DNA of 20,000 nt from an uncultured virus (IMG/VR IMGVR_UViG_3300043436_000999) (IMGVR_UViG_3300043436_000999); one strand, 5' to 3'; shown: positions 1-8,704, numbered from the stretch's first letter. The notes: a model not told the origin generated them from the letters alone. Translations and numbers: made by a program.

Positions 1-413
1 AGTCGCGGCTTCCACGAATAGCCGGGAACTTGTTGTAAATCCTTATCAATAGTTACACAAATTGCTTTGAACCCAGACTTAGCAATACCCATCAGGTCAT
101 CAGCCTCAAGTCGTGGTTCACTGGTTGTCTTATAGTTATCCCGTAAGAAAGCAATAGCGTCTGATAGACAATCGGGTGATGGTCTACCGTCTCTGTGTTC
201 TTTGTAACTAGGGAGGTAATCCTTTCGGATATTATCCTTACGTGAACAAGATATAGCGATTGTGATATCGGTAATTCCCGGAGGTGTCCACCGTTTAACG
301 TCATCAATCAATCGTCTATCTAACCATTCAGCTCCCTCTTGATCTGCCCAGAAGGCAGCACGATACGCAATGATGTCTCCGTCTAAGATTGCACGATCAA
401 TACCAAGCTTCAA
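1..413 (-). CDS. 5'-3' exonuclease (T7 gp6-like, FEN/PIN fold), N-terminal part; runs off the window
   Basis: Hand translation, not in the ORF track: (L)KLGIDRAILDGDIIAYRAAFWA...RKDYLPSYKEHR...LEADDLMG...TIDKDLQQVPG, showing the DGD, YK..R, EADD and DKD motifs. Probable TTG start at 413 after AAAGG. Confidence 0.9.
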   Translation of the reverse strand, partial: MKLGIDRAILDGDIIAYRAAFWADQEGAEWLDRRLIDDVKRWTPPGITDITIAISCSRKDNIRKDYLPSYKEHRDGRPSPDCLSDAIAFLRDNYKTTSEPRLEADDLMGIAKSGFKAICVTIDKDLQQVPGYSWKPR

Positions 414-753
414 GGAAACAACCTTTCTCTGCTGCTATCTTAAACCATTTGTTTAATTGCTGCAGCTCTTCGTTAGATATTTGTACACGTCTATTCGCTA
501 CGCTAGAGATGTGGGCAAAGGTATACTCATTCAAGAGACGTGAGATATCTTGAACAGTACCATTCTTAAGTTGGTGATACAATGTATAACCAGTGATCTG
601 CTTAATAACCTCATCATAGTATCGACCACGAATCCAGTTATCTGTTCCCTTTGTTCCACGGACAAGGAGATCAGTACCAGAGAACCAATCCTCTGGTGCC
701 TCCCTAAATTCTCCTTGTTCGTATCCTATCATGGCAATGGTATCAAGACTCAT
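397..753 (-). CDS. hypothetical protein, paralog of 9778..10161
   Basis: 118 aa ORF coupled to the upstream gene by an ATGA overlap; shares MxLDT, RGxxY, YTLY and KWF with 9778..10161. Confidence 0.8.
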   Translation of the reverse strand: MSLDTIAMIGYEQGEFREAPEDWFSGTDLLVRGTKGTDNWIRGRYYDEVIKQITGYTLYHQLKNGTVQDISRLLNEYTFAHISSVANRRVQISNEELQQLNKWFKIAAEKGCFLEAWY

Positions 754-1454
754 TCTTCTTCGTCTCCAAACAACTCTTCAAAGAACTCATCAAGATTCAT
801 AGGCTCATCCTTCTTGGTCTTTGTACAACCAAGGCAATCACAAGATAGATAGCAGTGAGGATCAAGACCCAACCAATCAGGAAGACGTGCGCTTAACTTG
901 GAGTGAAGAAGCTTGGTGTCGCCTTCGTTCTTGATAACCCAATCAAACATCTGAACGTAGTCCTTATCTCCATCCTCGAATCGGTTTGCCATCTCTTCTG
1001 ATTCATGCTTACGCCAATCAGCATTCTGATCTTCTAGGTCTCTTGAACCACGGCTTATGAAGACAGTGATGGCTCCGTTCGTTCGACCGAAGTTAAGTTC
1101 GTTAAGATACCGACAATCGTCAACGATGATTACGGTTTCTTTCCAAAGCTTTTCTTCGTCTTGTGCTGCGTTTGCGTCCTTGATTGCAGCTTCTTTCCAA
1201 GACTTCTTAAACAAGTTCAACCAGTAATCTGGATCTTCCTTGCGCTTGGACTCACCAACATCTTGACAATAAGCACGATACTCTAGTGGCTTAGTTGCCT
1301 TGTCAAATCCAGCAGCTAATGCCTCATCCTTAATAGCCTTAGCAAAGGGAAGGATTATTGGTTTGAAGTCACACTTCTTTGCATACGCTGCAATAAACTC
1401 AGCAGCCGTAGTCTTACCGACTCTCGCTTGGCCGGACAATAAGATGGTTATCAT
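750..1454 (-). CDS. deoxynucleoside monophosphate kinase-like P-loop kinase
   Basis: N-terminal P-loop LSGQARVGKT, then FAKAIK, DPDYW, VDDCRYLNE (DxRxxNE) and HESE, typical of phage dNMP kinases. Confidence 0.75.
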   Translation of the reverse strand: MITILLSGQARVGKTTAAEFIAAYAKKCDFKPIILPFAKAIKDEALAAGFDKATKPLEYRAYCQDVGESKRKEDPDYWLNLFKKSWKEAAIKDANAAQDEEKLWKETVIIVDDCRYLNELNFGRTNGAITVFISRGSRDLEDQNADWRKHESEEMANRFEDGDKDYVQMFDWVIKNEGDTKLLHSKLSARLPDWLGLDPHCYLSCDCLGCTKTKKDEPMNLDEFFEELFGDEEE

Positions 1455-1932
1455 TGAATCTCCTATACAACTCTGCTGGTGTAAAGCAGTCTTCGATATT
1501 AAAGAAAGAACAGATATGTGTTGTACAATTCCGTGGTCTTGTTAAACCAATGAACCGCCCAACAAAGTAATGGAAAATCATATCCCAAGCATTACTGTCG
1601 GTATATGATGATGCCCCCGTTATAGCATCCTCAAGTGACATATCCTCAGTGATCCACATTTCTGTTCGACCGATGAGGACAGCACCTAAACCTTGTAAGG
1701 TTTCTAGATTGTATAGTTTACTGACTGGTACTATACGACCATCCCATTCTTGTTTTGCACTACAGATTACAAAGTGGTACTCCTTGCCGCCAGCCTCAAG
1801 GATGAGGCCAGCGTGTGTTACATGGCTACCATTAAGAATCTTAGCCAACAATCCCAAGTACCTACCCTGAATCTTATTGAAGTCGTAGAAGCCGACAGAT
1901 GCTTTAGTGAGTTTGTGACCAGTTGTTTCCAA
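1414..1932 (-). CDS. permuted papain-like NlpC/P60 (YaeF/YiiX-like) protein
   Basis: His before Cys: SHVTHAGL ... RNCTTHI ... FTPAELY. Probable TTG start at 1932 with GGAG 7 nt upstream; the ORF-track start at 1995 overlaps the polymerase more. Confidence 0.6.
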   Translation of the reverse strand: METTGHKLTKASVGFYDFNKIQGRYLGLLAKILNGSHVTHAGLILEAGGKEYHFVICSAKQEWDGRIVPVSKLYNLETLQGLGAVLIGRTEMWITEDMSLEDAITGASSYTDSNAWDMIFHYFVGRFIGLTRPRNCTTHICSFFNIEDCFTPAELYRRFNDNHLIVRPSESR

Positions 1933-3610
1933 TTTTATACTCCGCGTTGATTGGCATAGCGATAGCAAGTCTAGTACCCGCTTCGATTGCCGCATTAGTA
2001 ACTATCTTGCCAGCCTCTTCAGCAATCGCTGATGGGCAGGAGAACTGAAGTTCGTCATGCACATACGCTAGTTGCTTGACAACGTTAGCACCAAACCGTT
2101 CTCTTAGTCTGGTGTTAGCAAGGATCATCCAGTACTTAGATACCACAGCACCACTACCTTGCAATAAGGTATTGAGTGCGGCGTGTGCGCTACGTACTGG
2201 TGCATAGCGACCGTCAACTAACTTAACCGCACTACGCTTGGCTACTTGAAACTCAACATCTTGCTTGACCTTAGCAAGTGCTGGCAACTCTCGAAGAAAC
2301 TTCTCCTTGAGTGCTGCACCCTGCTTAGATGAACCTTCGATGATCTTACCAATCTTTGCATCGCCAGCCCCATACAAGAAGCCGTAGATAAAAGTCTTAG
2401 CATTGTTACGAGTAGGTAGACCAGCCTTCTGTTGGTTGTGGGTGTGAATGTCTCCGTTAAGAATAACGTCGGCATACGCACCCTTGTCGTATGGTGCCAT
2501 GTAGTGGGCAAGCATACGCAACTCAAGACCACTAAGGTCTGACCCAAGTAACACCTCGCCATCGTGTGGAATCCATAACTCTCTGGCACGGTGATCGCCA
2601 GACACCTGTGCAACGTTTGGTTGCGAGTGTGTGCATCGACCAGTAGCAGCACCCTGTACGTTTACAAAGCCGTGGATGCGACCGTCTCGACTATACGATG
2701 AGCGACTAACCCAATCGTCTACCTGACCCATAAGCTTCTGAACATCGAAGTACTCGACAAGCTTCTTGGCTTCTGGATAATCAAGTTGACTGAGGATTGT
2801 GGCATCCACGTTGGGATTACCGTTCTCTGTCTTTGGTGCTGACCAACCATACTTCTCAGACAACCGCTCAGCAATCTGCTTGCGAGAGCCGGGATTAAAA
2901 GCCTCAACGGAATCCTTGAGACGCTTGCCCGTCTTCTCTGAGTAACGCTCAGTAACCTTATCTGGGAAGATGGTACGCATTTCATCTTCAACAGATGCCT
3001 TGAACATCAACAGATCATGTTGTAGTTTCTCAGCAGCCTTGATGTCGAAGTTGAAACCATTGGCTTGCTGCTGTGCAACAACAGCACTAGCAAGAAACTC
3101 AAGCTGAACAATCTTCTCATACTTGTTATCAGCAATCCACTTCTGTTGGTGGTTGTAGATGTGATGGGCAACGTGTACGTCCTGAATGCAGTACGTAATC
3201 ATGTCATCCGTCAACTCCTCCCATGTACCTTGATAATTAATCTTCTCATTACCAAGGTGCTTACCCCAACACTCAAGCGAGTTACCACCAAGCGGGTGAT
3301 TTGTAAGATCTGGATACATCAGTTTACTAACAACCAGTGAGTCGTAGATCTTAGCGGTACCCTTGTACCCAAGCATACGCTTAAGACATTCAAGATCGAA
3401 ACCATAGAGATTGTGTCCAATGAGTTGCGTTGCCTTGTTGAGATACGCATCGAAGGTCTCATCAAACACAGTCCATGTTCGAACCTCTCCGCTATCAATA
3501 TCCTTTGTAACAACAACGTGAACTTTTGTACACTCCTTGACAGGTCTACCCTTATTGTCGAGGGTCAACTCCATCAGGGCATTCGATTCGATGTCGATAA
3601 CCAAGCGCAT
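1904..3610 (-). CDS. DNA polymerase family A (T7 gp5-like) with 3'-5' exonuclease
   Basis: ExoI IDIE, Exo[10 protein letters not shown], ExoIII YCIQDV; motif [11 protein letters not shown], motif [15 protein letters not shown], motif C VHDELQ. Start placed at MRLVIDIE. Confidence 0.97.
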   Translation of the reverse strand: MRLVIDIESNALMELTLDNKGRPVKECTKVHVVVTKDIDSGEVRTWTVFDETFDAYLNKATQLIGHNLYGFDLECLKRMLGYKGTAKIYDSLVVSKLMYPDLTNHPLGGNSLECWGKHLGNEKINYQGTWEELTDDMITYCIQDVHVAHHIYNHQQKWIADNKYEKIVQLEFLASAVVAQQQANGFNFDIKAAEKLQHDLLMFKASVEDEMRTIFPDKVTERYSEKTGKRLKDSVEAFNPGSRKQIAERLSEKYGWSAPKTENGNPNVDATILSQLDYPEAKKLVEYFDVQKLMGQVDDWVSRSSYSRDGRIHGFVNVQGAATGRCTHSQPNVAQVSGDHRARELWIPHDGEVLLGSDLSGLELRMLAHYMAPYDKGAYADVILNGDIHTHNQQKAGLPTRNNAKTFIYGFLYGAGDAKIGKIIEGSSKQGAALKEKFLRELPALAKVKQDVEFQVAKRSAVKLVDGRYAPVRSAHAALNTLLQGSGAVVSKYWMILANTRLRERFGANVVKQLAYVHDELQFSCPSAIAEEAGKIVTNAAIEAGTRLAIAMPINAEYKIGNNWSQTH

Positions 3611-3779
3611 TAAATCTAGTATCTCTTTCTGCCAACATCTCGTCGGCAAGGTTACAAATCTCTTTTATGGTTTTGGGTTTAGCTGCATCCCGTGTTGTAC
3701 CAGGATGTAAAGACATACCCAAGATGGACGCAGCAAACATATCCCATGCTACCATTCGCATGATTTCATGTTGTTCCAT
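3552..3779 (-). CDS. hypothetical protein (~75 aa, [13 protein letters not shown]...)
   Basis: Fills the gap between primase-helicase and polymerase; start overlaps the helicase end, and the 3' end overlaps the polymerase by ~59 nt. Confidence 0.6.
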   Translation of the reverse strand: MEQHEIMRMVAWDMFAASILGMSLHPGTTRDAAKPKTIKEICNLADEMLAERDTRFNALGYRHRIECPDGVDPRQ

Positions 3780-5499
3780 TTTGAATAGGTTGGAAGACAA
3801 CCTCTCCTTCGTCGTTGGTTGCCCAATCAACTTCTTGCAAACGACCAGTTGTTCTGTCATAGAACAAAGCACTAGCAATGCCAGCACGACCAGTCAAGCG
3901 ATTCTTAAGAACACGAATGATGGTTGTATTGGCTAGGGTCTGGTCTTGATTCTGTCTATCGCGTTCAAGAGCGATGACCGTATTAGGTACAGATGCCAAA
4001 GCACCAGAACCACGAAGATCCTGAAGCGTAATTCTATCGCCTTCTTCATAAGCCTTATCCGTCTTCTTGAGTTGCGAAACGATATCGACGTGAACACCAG
4101 TACGAACAGCGAGAGATCGTAGTTCCTTCATAAGCGTGTCGATGATGATACGCTCTGAACCACCACCCTCAATGTCCTTGTCGGATGTTCCCATTAACCC
4201 AGCCGCTGCTGCTGTGATATGGTCTAGGACAATCACGTCTACCTTCAGAGACACAGCCATGTACTCCATGCGAGCAAGCAAGTTAGCCATAGCGTTGTTG
4301 CCAAGGTGATCGTAGATGTACATGTTGGTGGCAGACAGCTTCTTCTTAGCCTCCAAGTATTCGTCAGTAGAGAAGTCATTGGTTAACAACTCAATGTCGA
4401 TTGGTGGCTTACCCATACGGACACGAAGATCATTCATCATCTTCGCTGCATTGATAGCACGAACTGGCTTGTTAATCATAAGCGAGATCATGTCATCCAT
4501 AGTTTCTTGAGGGGATTCCTCAAGCATGATAGCACCAACAGATCGACCTTCTTCAAGGTGATGATACATCAACTCACGTAGGATGGTTGACTTACCAGAA
4601 CCCGTACCTGATGCCCACAATGTAATCTCGCCTGATCGTTGTCCGATGAGGAACTCAGACAACTTGTCAAACGGGAAGGGGTAAACCCTAGCCTGAAGAC
4701 TATCGGTAGACTCTACAATCTTAGAGATGTGAAGAATCTCATCGGGGCTATAGACTTGTGCTTCCCAGATCGCAGACACAACAGCCTTGCCTTGGTTTGT
4801 GACCAAGCATTCGTTTGCATCCTTGAGTGGAAGCTTAGCAATCTTACACTTGCCAGGTGGAAGAATCTCACTGATAGCCTTGGCCGCATCTTGACCAGCG
4901 TCATCCATATCAAAGCAGAGGACAACCTCTTGGTAAGAAGAGACGAACTCAAGGTTATCCTTAATAGCCTTGAGTGCTGATTGCGCTCCGTTAGGAACAG
5001 ACACAACAGGCCAAGTACCACCAAGCAATTGACACACGGTCATGCAGTCGATCTCACCTTCGGTGATAACCAACCGCTTACCTGACATCTTCCACAGATG
5101 TTGACCGAAGAGTTGAACACTCTTGGGTGAACCCTTCCAAGCGAATTGCTTGTTGGGTCCACGGATATGTTGAGCAACCAACTCACCTTCTGTGGAGAAG
5201 TAGTTGGCAATCTCGACATCGTTGTTGTTTACGTGTGCAACTTGATAACCAAATTGCCGACACGTCTTCTCCTCAATGCGTCGATGACTGAGGTCGGAGA
5301 AGGTACCATTCAGTTTGTTAAAGTTAGAAGTACTAGGTTCGGCTGACATTTTGTTTCCTTTGTGATATCCGCAGCAATAGCAGTGTACGTGACCGTCACT
5401 ATAGACGGCAAGATTATCTCCGCTGTTGTCACCGCCCATTGCGGCACACTTGGGACAACGATCTCTCGAAACTACAGTTGACTCATTCAAGGTTTCCAT
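3766..5499 (-). CDS. DNA primase-helicase (T7 gp4-like)
   Basis: Zn finger CPKC...[18 protein letters not shown] and FDMDDAG; Walker [12 protein letters not shown]4 motifs LDHI, VSQL, DLRGSG and LKNR. Confidence 0.97.
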   Translation of the reverse strand: METLNESTVVSRDRCPKCAAMGGDNSGDNLAVYSDGHVHCYCCGYHKGNKMSAEPSTSNFNKLNGTFSDLSHRRIEEKTCRQFGYQVAHVNNNDVEIANYFSTEGELVAQHIRGPNKQFAWKGSPKSVQLFGQHLWKMSGKRLVITEGEIDCMTVCQLLGGTWPVVSVPNGAQSALKAIKDNLEFVSSYQEVVLCFDMDDAGQDAAKAISEILPPGKCKIAKLPLKDANECLVTNQGKAVVSAIWEAQVYSPDEILHISKIVESTDSLQARVYPFPFDKLSEFLIGQRSGEITLWASGTGSGKSTILRELMYHHLEEGRSVGAIMLEESPQETMDDMISLMINKPVRAINAAKMMNDLRVRMGKPPIDIELLTNDFSTDEYLEAKKKLSATNMYIYDHLGNNAMANLLARMEYMAVSLKVDVIVLDHITAAAAGLMGTSDKDIEGGGSERIIIDTLMKELRSLAVRTGVHVDIVSQLKKTDKAYEEGDRITLQDLRGSGALASVPNTVIALERDRQNQDQTLANTTIIRVLKNRLTGRAGIASALFYDRTTGRLQEVDWATNDEGEVVFQPIQNGTT

Positions 5500-5668
5500 T
5501 TAGTTCTTTCTTATAGCACACGATCTCGCCTGTTGCAATATCGTGTAGAAAATCTAACAGGCCATCAATCATTGCTTCCTCGTCGGTAAGCAAACTGTAT
5601 GGCAGACCACTCTCAATTAGTTCGATCTGTTCCTTTAGAAGAGTTACATTAATGTTTGCGCGTTTCAT
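5483..5668 (-). CDS. hypothetical protein
   Basis: 61 aa; ATGA-coupled to the upstream deaminase-like gene and overlapping the primase start. Confidence 0.65.
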   Translation of the reverse strand: MKRANINVTLLKEQIELIESGLPYSLLTDEEAMIDGLLDFLHDIATGEIVCYKKELNGNLE

Positions 5669-6027
5669 AGCCTCACAAAAACTCCATCCTGATTTGTATA
5701 CCAGACATCTTTAAAAACCTCCGACACCCACCCAAGACAATATGGGCAGGGCTTAGACATACCAACAGAACCCGTTGGCGTGATCCGCATGTTTATCAAC
5801 GTACACTCCTTTGCGATTGACTTGTCGATTGCCATGAAGGCAGCAAGTTCAGAGTGGATTGTTGGGTATTTATAGCCAAGCTTCTTTGCCTTAGGGTGTG
5901 TCTTCTTTCTATTCTCCTCGCCACAGGCCATGATCTTATTACCATGCAACACAACCGAATAGTGTGTTCGTTCCTTTGGTGGAAACAACCGTGCAAGTTT
6001 CAGTAGATCATTCAGATTGAACGCCAT
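5665..6027 (-). CDS. zinc-dependent cytidine/dCMP deaminase-fold protein
   Basis: HSE (HxE) followed by SKPCPYC (PCxxC) zinc motif; lies directly downstream of thyX. Confidence 0.75.
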   Translation of the reverse strand: MAFNLNDLLKLARLFPPKERTHYSVVLHGNKIMACGEENRKKTHPKAKKLGYKYPTIHSELAAFMAIDKSIAKECTLINMRITPTGSVGMSKPCPYCLGWVSEVFKDVWYTNQDGVFVRL

Positions 6028-6655
6028 AGTTCGTCAACGCTCTCCATGAAAGTGGAAAGTACTTGTCACATATTGAACCTATTGCGGTAGCATAACTCCG
6101 AACCTCAACTTGAGAGTGTGAATCTGCTCGAAGATTATACATACGAGACCAAGCATACAATGATCCAGTCCAAATCCATTCAGTCATCATGGCTTGTGGA
6201 AGAATTGCACGTGCTTGTTCTGGGCAGATGTTATCCTTTAACATATCACTATAGATACTAGCCGCTTGCTTACACAAAGTATCAAGTTGTGTCTTATAGA
6301 GTTGAGAGTAATAATTGACTGTGTTGGATGACCCCTGCTTTACGTTGTCTGCCTTATCTCTAAACTCGTCTGGAGTCCAAAACTCTGGATCGCTTGAGAC
6401 GTATCGACGTGATACTTCATTCCAAGAGAAACCAACCTGATGCTTTGCCAGTTGACGTGCGATAAAGATTGGTGCTGTTACACGAACCTTTAGGACACAG
6501 TGCGAGAAAGGACTCCAGTGATTGTGTCTTGCCAAGTAGTTAATCAGTCTCTCGTTCTGCGTAACGGTAAACAGATCAGCCGTCTTGTTCATGCTAACGC
6601 GAGCAGCATCACACACAGACTCATCACAACCCATATGATCTACATAACTGAGCAT
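6008..6655 (-). CDS. thyX: flavin-dependent thymidylate synthase
   Basis: AARVS, HWSPF, PIFIARQLAKH, SWNEVSRRY, EQARAILP and HSQVEVR match the ThyX signature; RBS AAGGAG. Confidence 0.95.
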   Translation of the reverse strand: MLSYVDHMGCDESVCDAARVSMNKTADLFTVTQNERLINYLARHNHWSPFSHCVLKVRVTAPIFIARQLAKHQVGFSWNEVSRRYVSSDPEFWTPDEFRDKADNVKQGSSNTVNYYSQLYKTQLDTLCKQAASIYSDMLKDNICPEQARAILPQAMMTEWIWTGSLYAWSRMYNLRADSHSQVEVRSYATAIGSICDKYFPLSWRALTNYGVQSE

Positions 6656-6667
6656 TCAATCTCCTTA

Positions 6668-6862
6668 TTAATTACGCCAACTCTTTCCCTGCAATACGAT
6701 GTACACCTCTTCGATCAACTTAGCAAGTTCCTCTGCGTTGCCTTTCCTAGTCTTGGGATTATAGTAACCATCCCAATCAGCCAAGAGGATAGAGGCATTG
6801 TAAATACGTTGCTGAAGAATCTCTAGTTTAATTTCAGGATCTTCTATATCATGGTAATCCAT
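6668..6862 (-). CDS. hypothetical protein (64 aa, MDYHDIED...)
   Basis: AAGGAG RBS upstream of the ATG at 6862; tightly packed. Confidence 0.7.
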   Translation of the reverse strand: MDYHDIEDPEIKLEILQQRIYNASILLADWDGYYNPKTRKGNAEELAKLIEEVYIVLQGKSWRN

Positions 6863-7091
6863 TGGTCTTTTTCTCCTTGAAGGCCAAGTCACAAGTTCTT
6901 TTATCAATCCCAAGTGCATCGAAGAACTCGCGGAGAGTCATTGATGCACCGTAGATATGCACGAACCCATCGTAGTATCCACTAAGTTCTAAACGGTTTC
7001 GTGTAGGTGTCCAAGTAACTTCTATGGCAGCCGTTGGTCTGAAGCCCAAGTCGTTTGGTTCATCTGGTGGAAAGTGTACTGTCTTTGGCAT
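6849..7091 (-). CDS. hypothetical protein (MPKTVHFPPD...)
   Basis: Start just after the upstream stop, preceded by AAGGA (alternative ATG at 7097). Confidence 0.65.
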   Translation of the reverse strand: MPKTVHFPPDEPNDLGFRPTAAIEVTWTPTRNRLELSGYYDGFVHIYGASMTLREFFDALGIDKRTCDLAFKEKKTNGLP

Positions 7092-7101
7092 CGCCATCCT
7101 C

Positions 7102-7401
7102 TTACTTAATAGAGTCTCGAAGCTTCTTAATAACAGACTTCGTTTCAGCGACACGACGCTTCTCGTCTTCCGCCTTCTTGATATCGGCAAGCGAGTGTTG
7201 CCATGCTGATATCTCACGAACAACTGCACTGATTCGGTTGTTAAGACCCTGTTCTGTTGTTGCCTTGAGTTCGTACATCAGTTCATGGTTTTCTTCAACC
7301 TCTTTTCGAAGCTTTGCAATCTCGTTATCTTGCATCTTCCACTGTATAACTACGCTACCAATAACCAACACCACGCCACCAATAAAAATAATAGTATCCA
7401 T
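7102..7401 (-). CDS. hypothetical membrane-anchored coiled-coil protein (99 aa)
   Basis: MDTIIFIGGVVLVIGSVVIQW hydrophobic N-terminus followed by a charged helical region; AAAGGA RBS immediately after tRNA-Arg. Confidence 0.75.
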   Translation of the reverse strand: MDTIIFIGGVVLVIGSVVIQWKMQDNEIAKLRKEVEENHELMYELKATTEQGLNNRISAVVREISAWQHSLADIKKAEDEKRRVAETKSVIKKLRDSIK

Positions 7402-7416
7402 ATGTTTCCTTTCTAG

Positions 7417-7490
7417 CATCCCTGAGTGGACTCGAACCACTGACCATTCGCTTAGAAGGCGAATGCTCTATCCAACTGAGCTACAGGGAT
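7417..7490 (-). tRNA. tRNA-Arg (anticodon UCU)
   Basis: Cloverleaf: acceptor ATCCCTG/CAGGGAT, D GCTC/GAGC, anticodon TTCGC-CTTCTAA-GCGAA, T AGTGG-TTCGAGT-CCACT. No encoded CCA. Confidence 0.95.
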
Positions 7491-7497
7491 AATTTAT

Positions 7498-7728
7498 TTA
7501 TTCGACGATGTTTAAGGTATCAGTATCGAAATCAATTACTTCAAGAATTGTTTCAGAAATATCTGATGCCTTGACGCATTCAACACGGGATTGTTTAAAC
7601 AACAGAGACGGATCTTCTTGAATTTGTTTGAAGATCTTTGTTGGCTTATCATCATCGTCTATGTCAAACGACCATGTTTCATAGCGACGATAGACGATCT
7701 CAACTGTTACACTCATCACGTCTGCCAT
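7498..7728 (-). CDS. hypothetical acidic protein, tandem paralog of 7716..7934
   Basis: GGAGG RBS; shares SVTxExV, ETWSF and DPxxL with its neighbour. Confidence 0.8.
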   Translation of the reverse strand: MADVMSVTVEIVYRRYETWSFDIDDDDKPTKIFKQIQEDPSLLFKQSRVECVKASDISETILEVIDFDTDTLNIVE

Positions 7729-7934
7729 TCGAAGCCCTCCATAATTTGTGTTACTTTCTCATCAAAGTCATCCGACATTACAAGGTCTGCATCAAACTTT
7801 GTCCATAAGATATTTGGGTCGCGCTTCAAGTCTTCTTCAAGTTGAGCGACATCAGTGTCCTCAGGGATTGGGAATGACCATGTTTCCGAAACGTTCCTAA
7901 CTAACTCAATTGTCACGCTGTACATTCGTTGCAT
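7716..7934 (-). CDS. hypothetical acidic protein (MQRMYSVTIE...), tandem paralog of 7498..7728
   Basis: AAGGAG RBS before the ATG at 7934. The longer ORF-track start would lie inside tRNA-Leu. Confidence 0.8.
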   Translation of the reverse strand: MQRMYSVTIELVRNVSETWSFPIPEDTDVAQLEEDLKRDPNILWTKFDADLVMSDDFDEKVTQIMEGFEWQT

Positions 7935-7948
7935 ATGATCTCCTTTAA

Positions 7949-8021
7949 TACCACAGGTGGGACTCGAACCCACACTACACAGATTTTAAGTCTATTGACT
8001 CTGCCATTGGTCTACTGTGGC
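7949..8021 (-). tRNA. tRNA-Leu (anticodon UAA) with a short variable loop
   Basis: Acceptor GCCACAG/CTGTGGT with A73; D GAC/GTC; anticodon ATAGA-CTTAAAA-TCTGT; 5-nt variable region GTAGT; T GTGGG-TTCGAGT-CCCAC. Confidence 0.9.
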
Positions 8022-8027
8022 TGATAG

Positions 8028-8105
8028 TAGAAGGGGTGGGAGTCGAACCCACATGAGCGCGATTATAAGTCACGACCTTTTACCAAATCTATCAGGCACC
8101 CTTCC
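8028..8105 (-). tRNA. tRNA-Ile (anticodon UAU)
   Basis: Acceptor GGAAGGG/CCCTTCT with A73; D CCT/AGG with an enlarged loop; anticodon CGTGA-CTTATAA-TCGCG; T GTGGG-TTCGACT-CCCAC. Confidence 0.88.
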
Positions 8106-8142
8106 ATGAACGTGCGTTGGAGAGCCGCACCCCTCTGTTACA

Positions 8143-8346
8143 TTAGAAGATTGGGTCGTTGGTGTTCAACGCACGGATGATCTGTTCAAGATCGTCAAGG
8201 TAAACCTTGCACGTGCATGTTGTTCCGTATTCCATAACAGAAACAGTAACCTTATTGCTGTCTTCTTCACACCGTTCGATGACAACAGCAGCCTTGCTAT
8301 TGTCTTCGCTGCTATACATTGTTCCAGTAAGCTTCCAATTAGACAT
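8143..8346 (-). CDS. hypothetical protein (67 aa)
   Basis: GGAG RBS; overlaps the rusA stop; ends in the acidic/aromatic tail NDPIF. Confidence 0.7.
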   Translation of the reverse strand: MSNWKLTGTMYSSEDNSKAAVVIERCEEDSNKVTVSVMEYGTTCTCKVYLDDLEQIIRALNTNDPIF

Positions 8347-8704
8347 CTTGAATCTCCACAGTAAAGTAGCCAGTGGACTTGGCCCACTCTTTAGTTGCTT
8401 CTACGAATATGATCTGACGGTCATCTGTCCACAGGCGACCGTTCATTAGATCAAACACAGACTTAAGGTAGTTGTCGATATCAGGTCGGGGATAATCCAG
8501 TTTACTGGACTTGGGCTTATCGACATAGAGTTGAACGTACACACGTAGATTATTATCTGTTGGTTCGTATCCCTCTAATACTTTTTCAATTACAGGCACG
8601 GCCTGTTCTCGAAACTCTTTATAAGTTCCAGTATAGTAACTGCCCCACTTACTCACCCGTGGCCGTGATGCAGCCACAGGTGAGATTGGGAACTTCCATT
8701 TCAT
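8339..8704 (-). CDS. rusA: RusA-family Holliday junction resolvase
   Basis: N-terminal PVAASRPR and RPDIDNYLKSVFD...WTDDRQI (DxDNxxK..D, DD) signature; TAATG coupling to the SSB gene. Confidence 0.9.
   Translation of the reverse strand: MKWKFPISPVAASRPRVSKWGSYYTGTYKEFREQAVPVIEKVLEGYEPTDNNLRVYVQLYVDKPKSSKLDYPRPDIDNYLKSVFDLMNGRLWTDDRQIIFVEATKEWAKSTGYFTVEIQDV

Noticed and set aside
7400..8110. Theta or HDV-like ribozymes after the tRNAs
   Set aside because: Each tRNA 3' end is followed within ~15 nt by another tRNA or an RBS and ORF, leaving no room.
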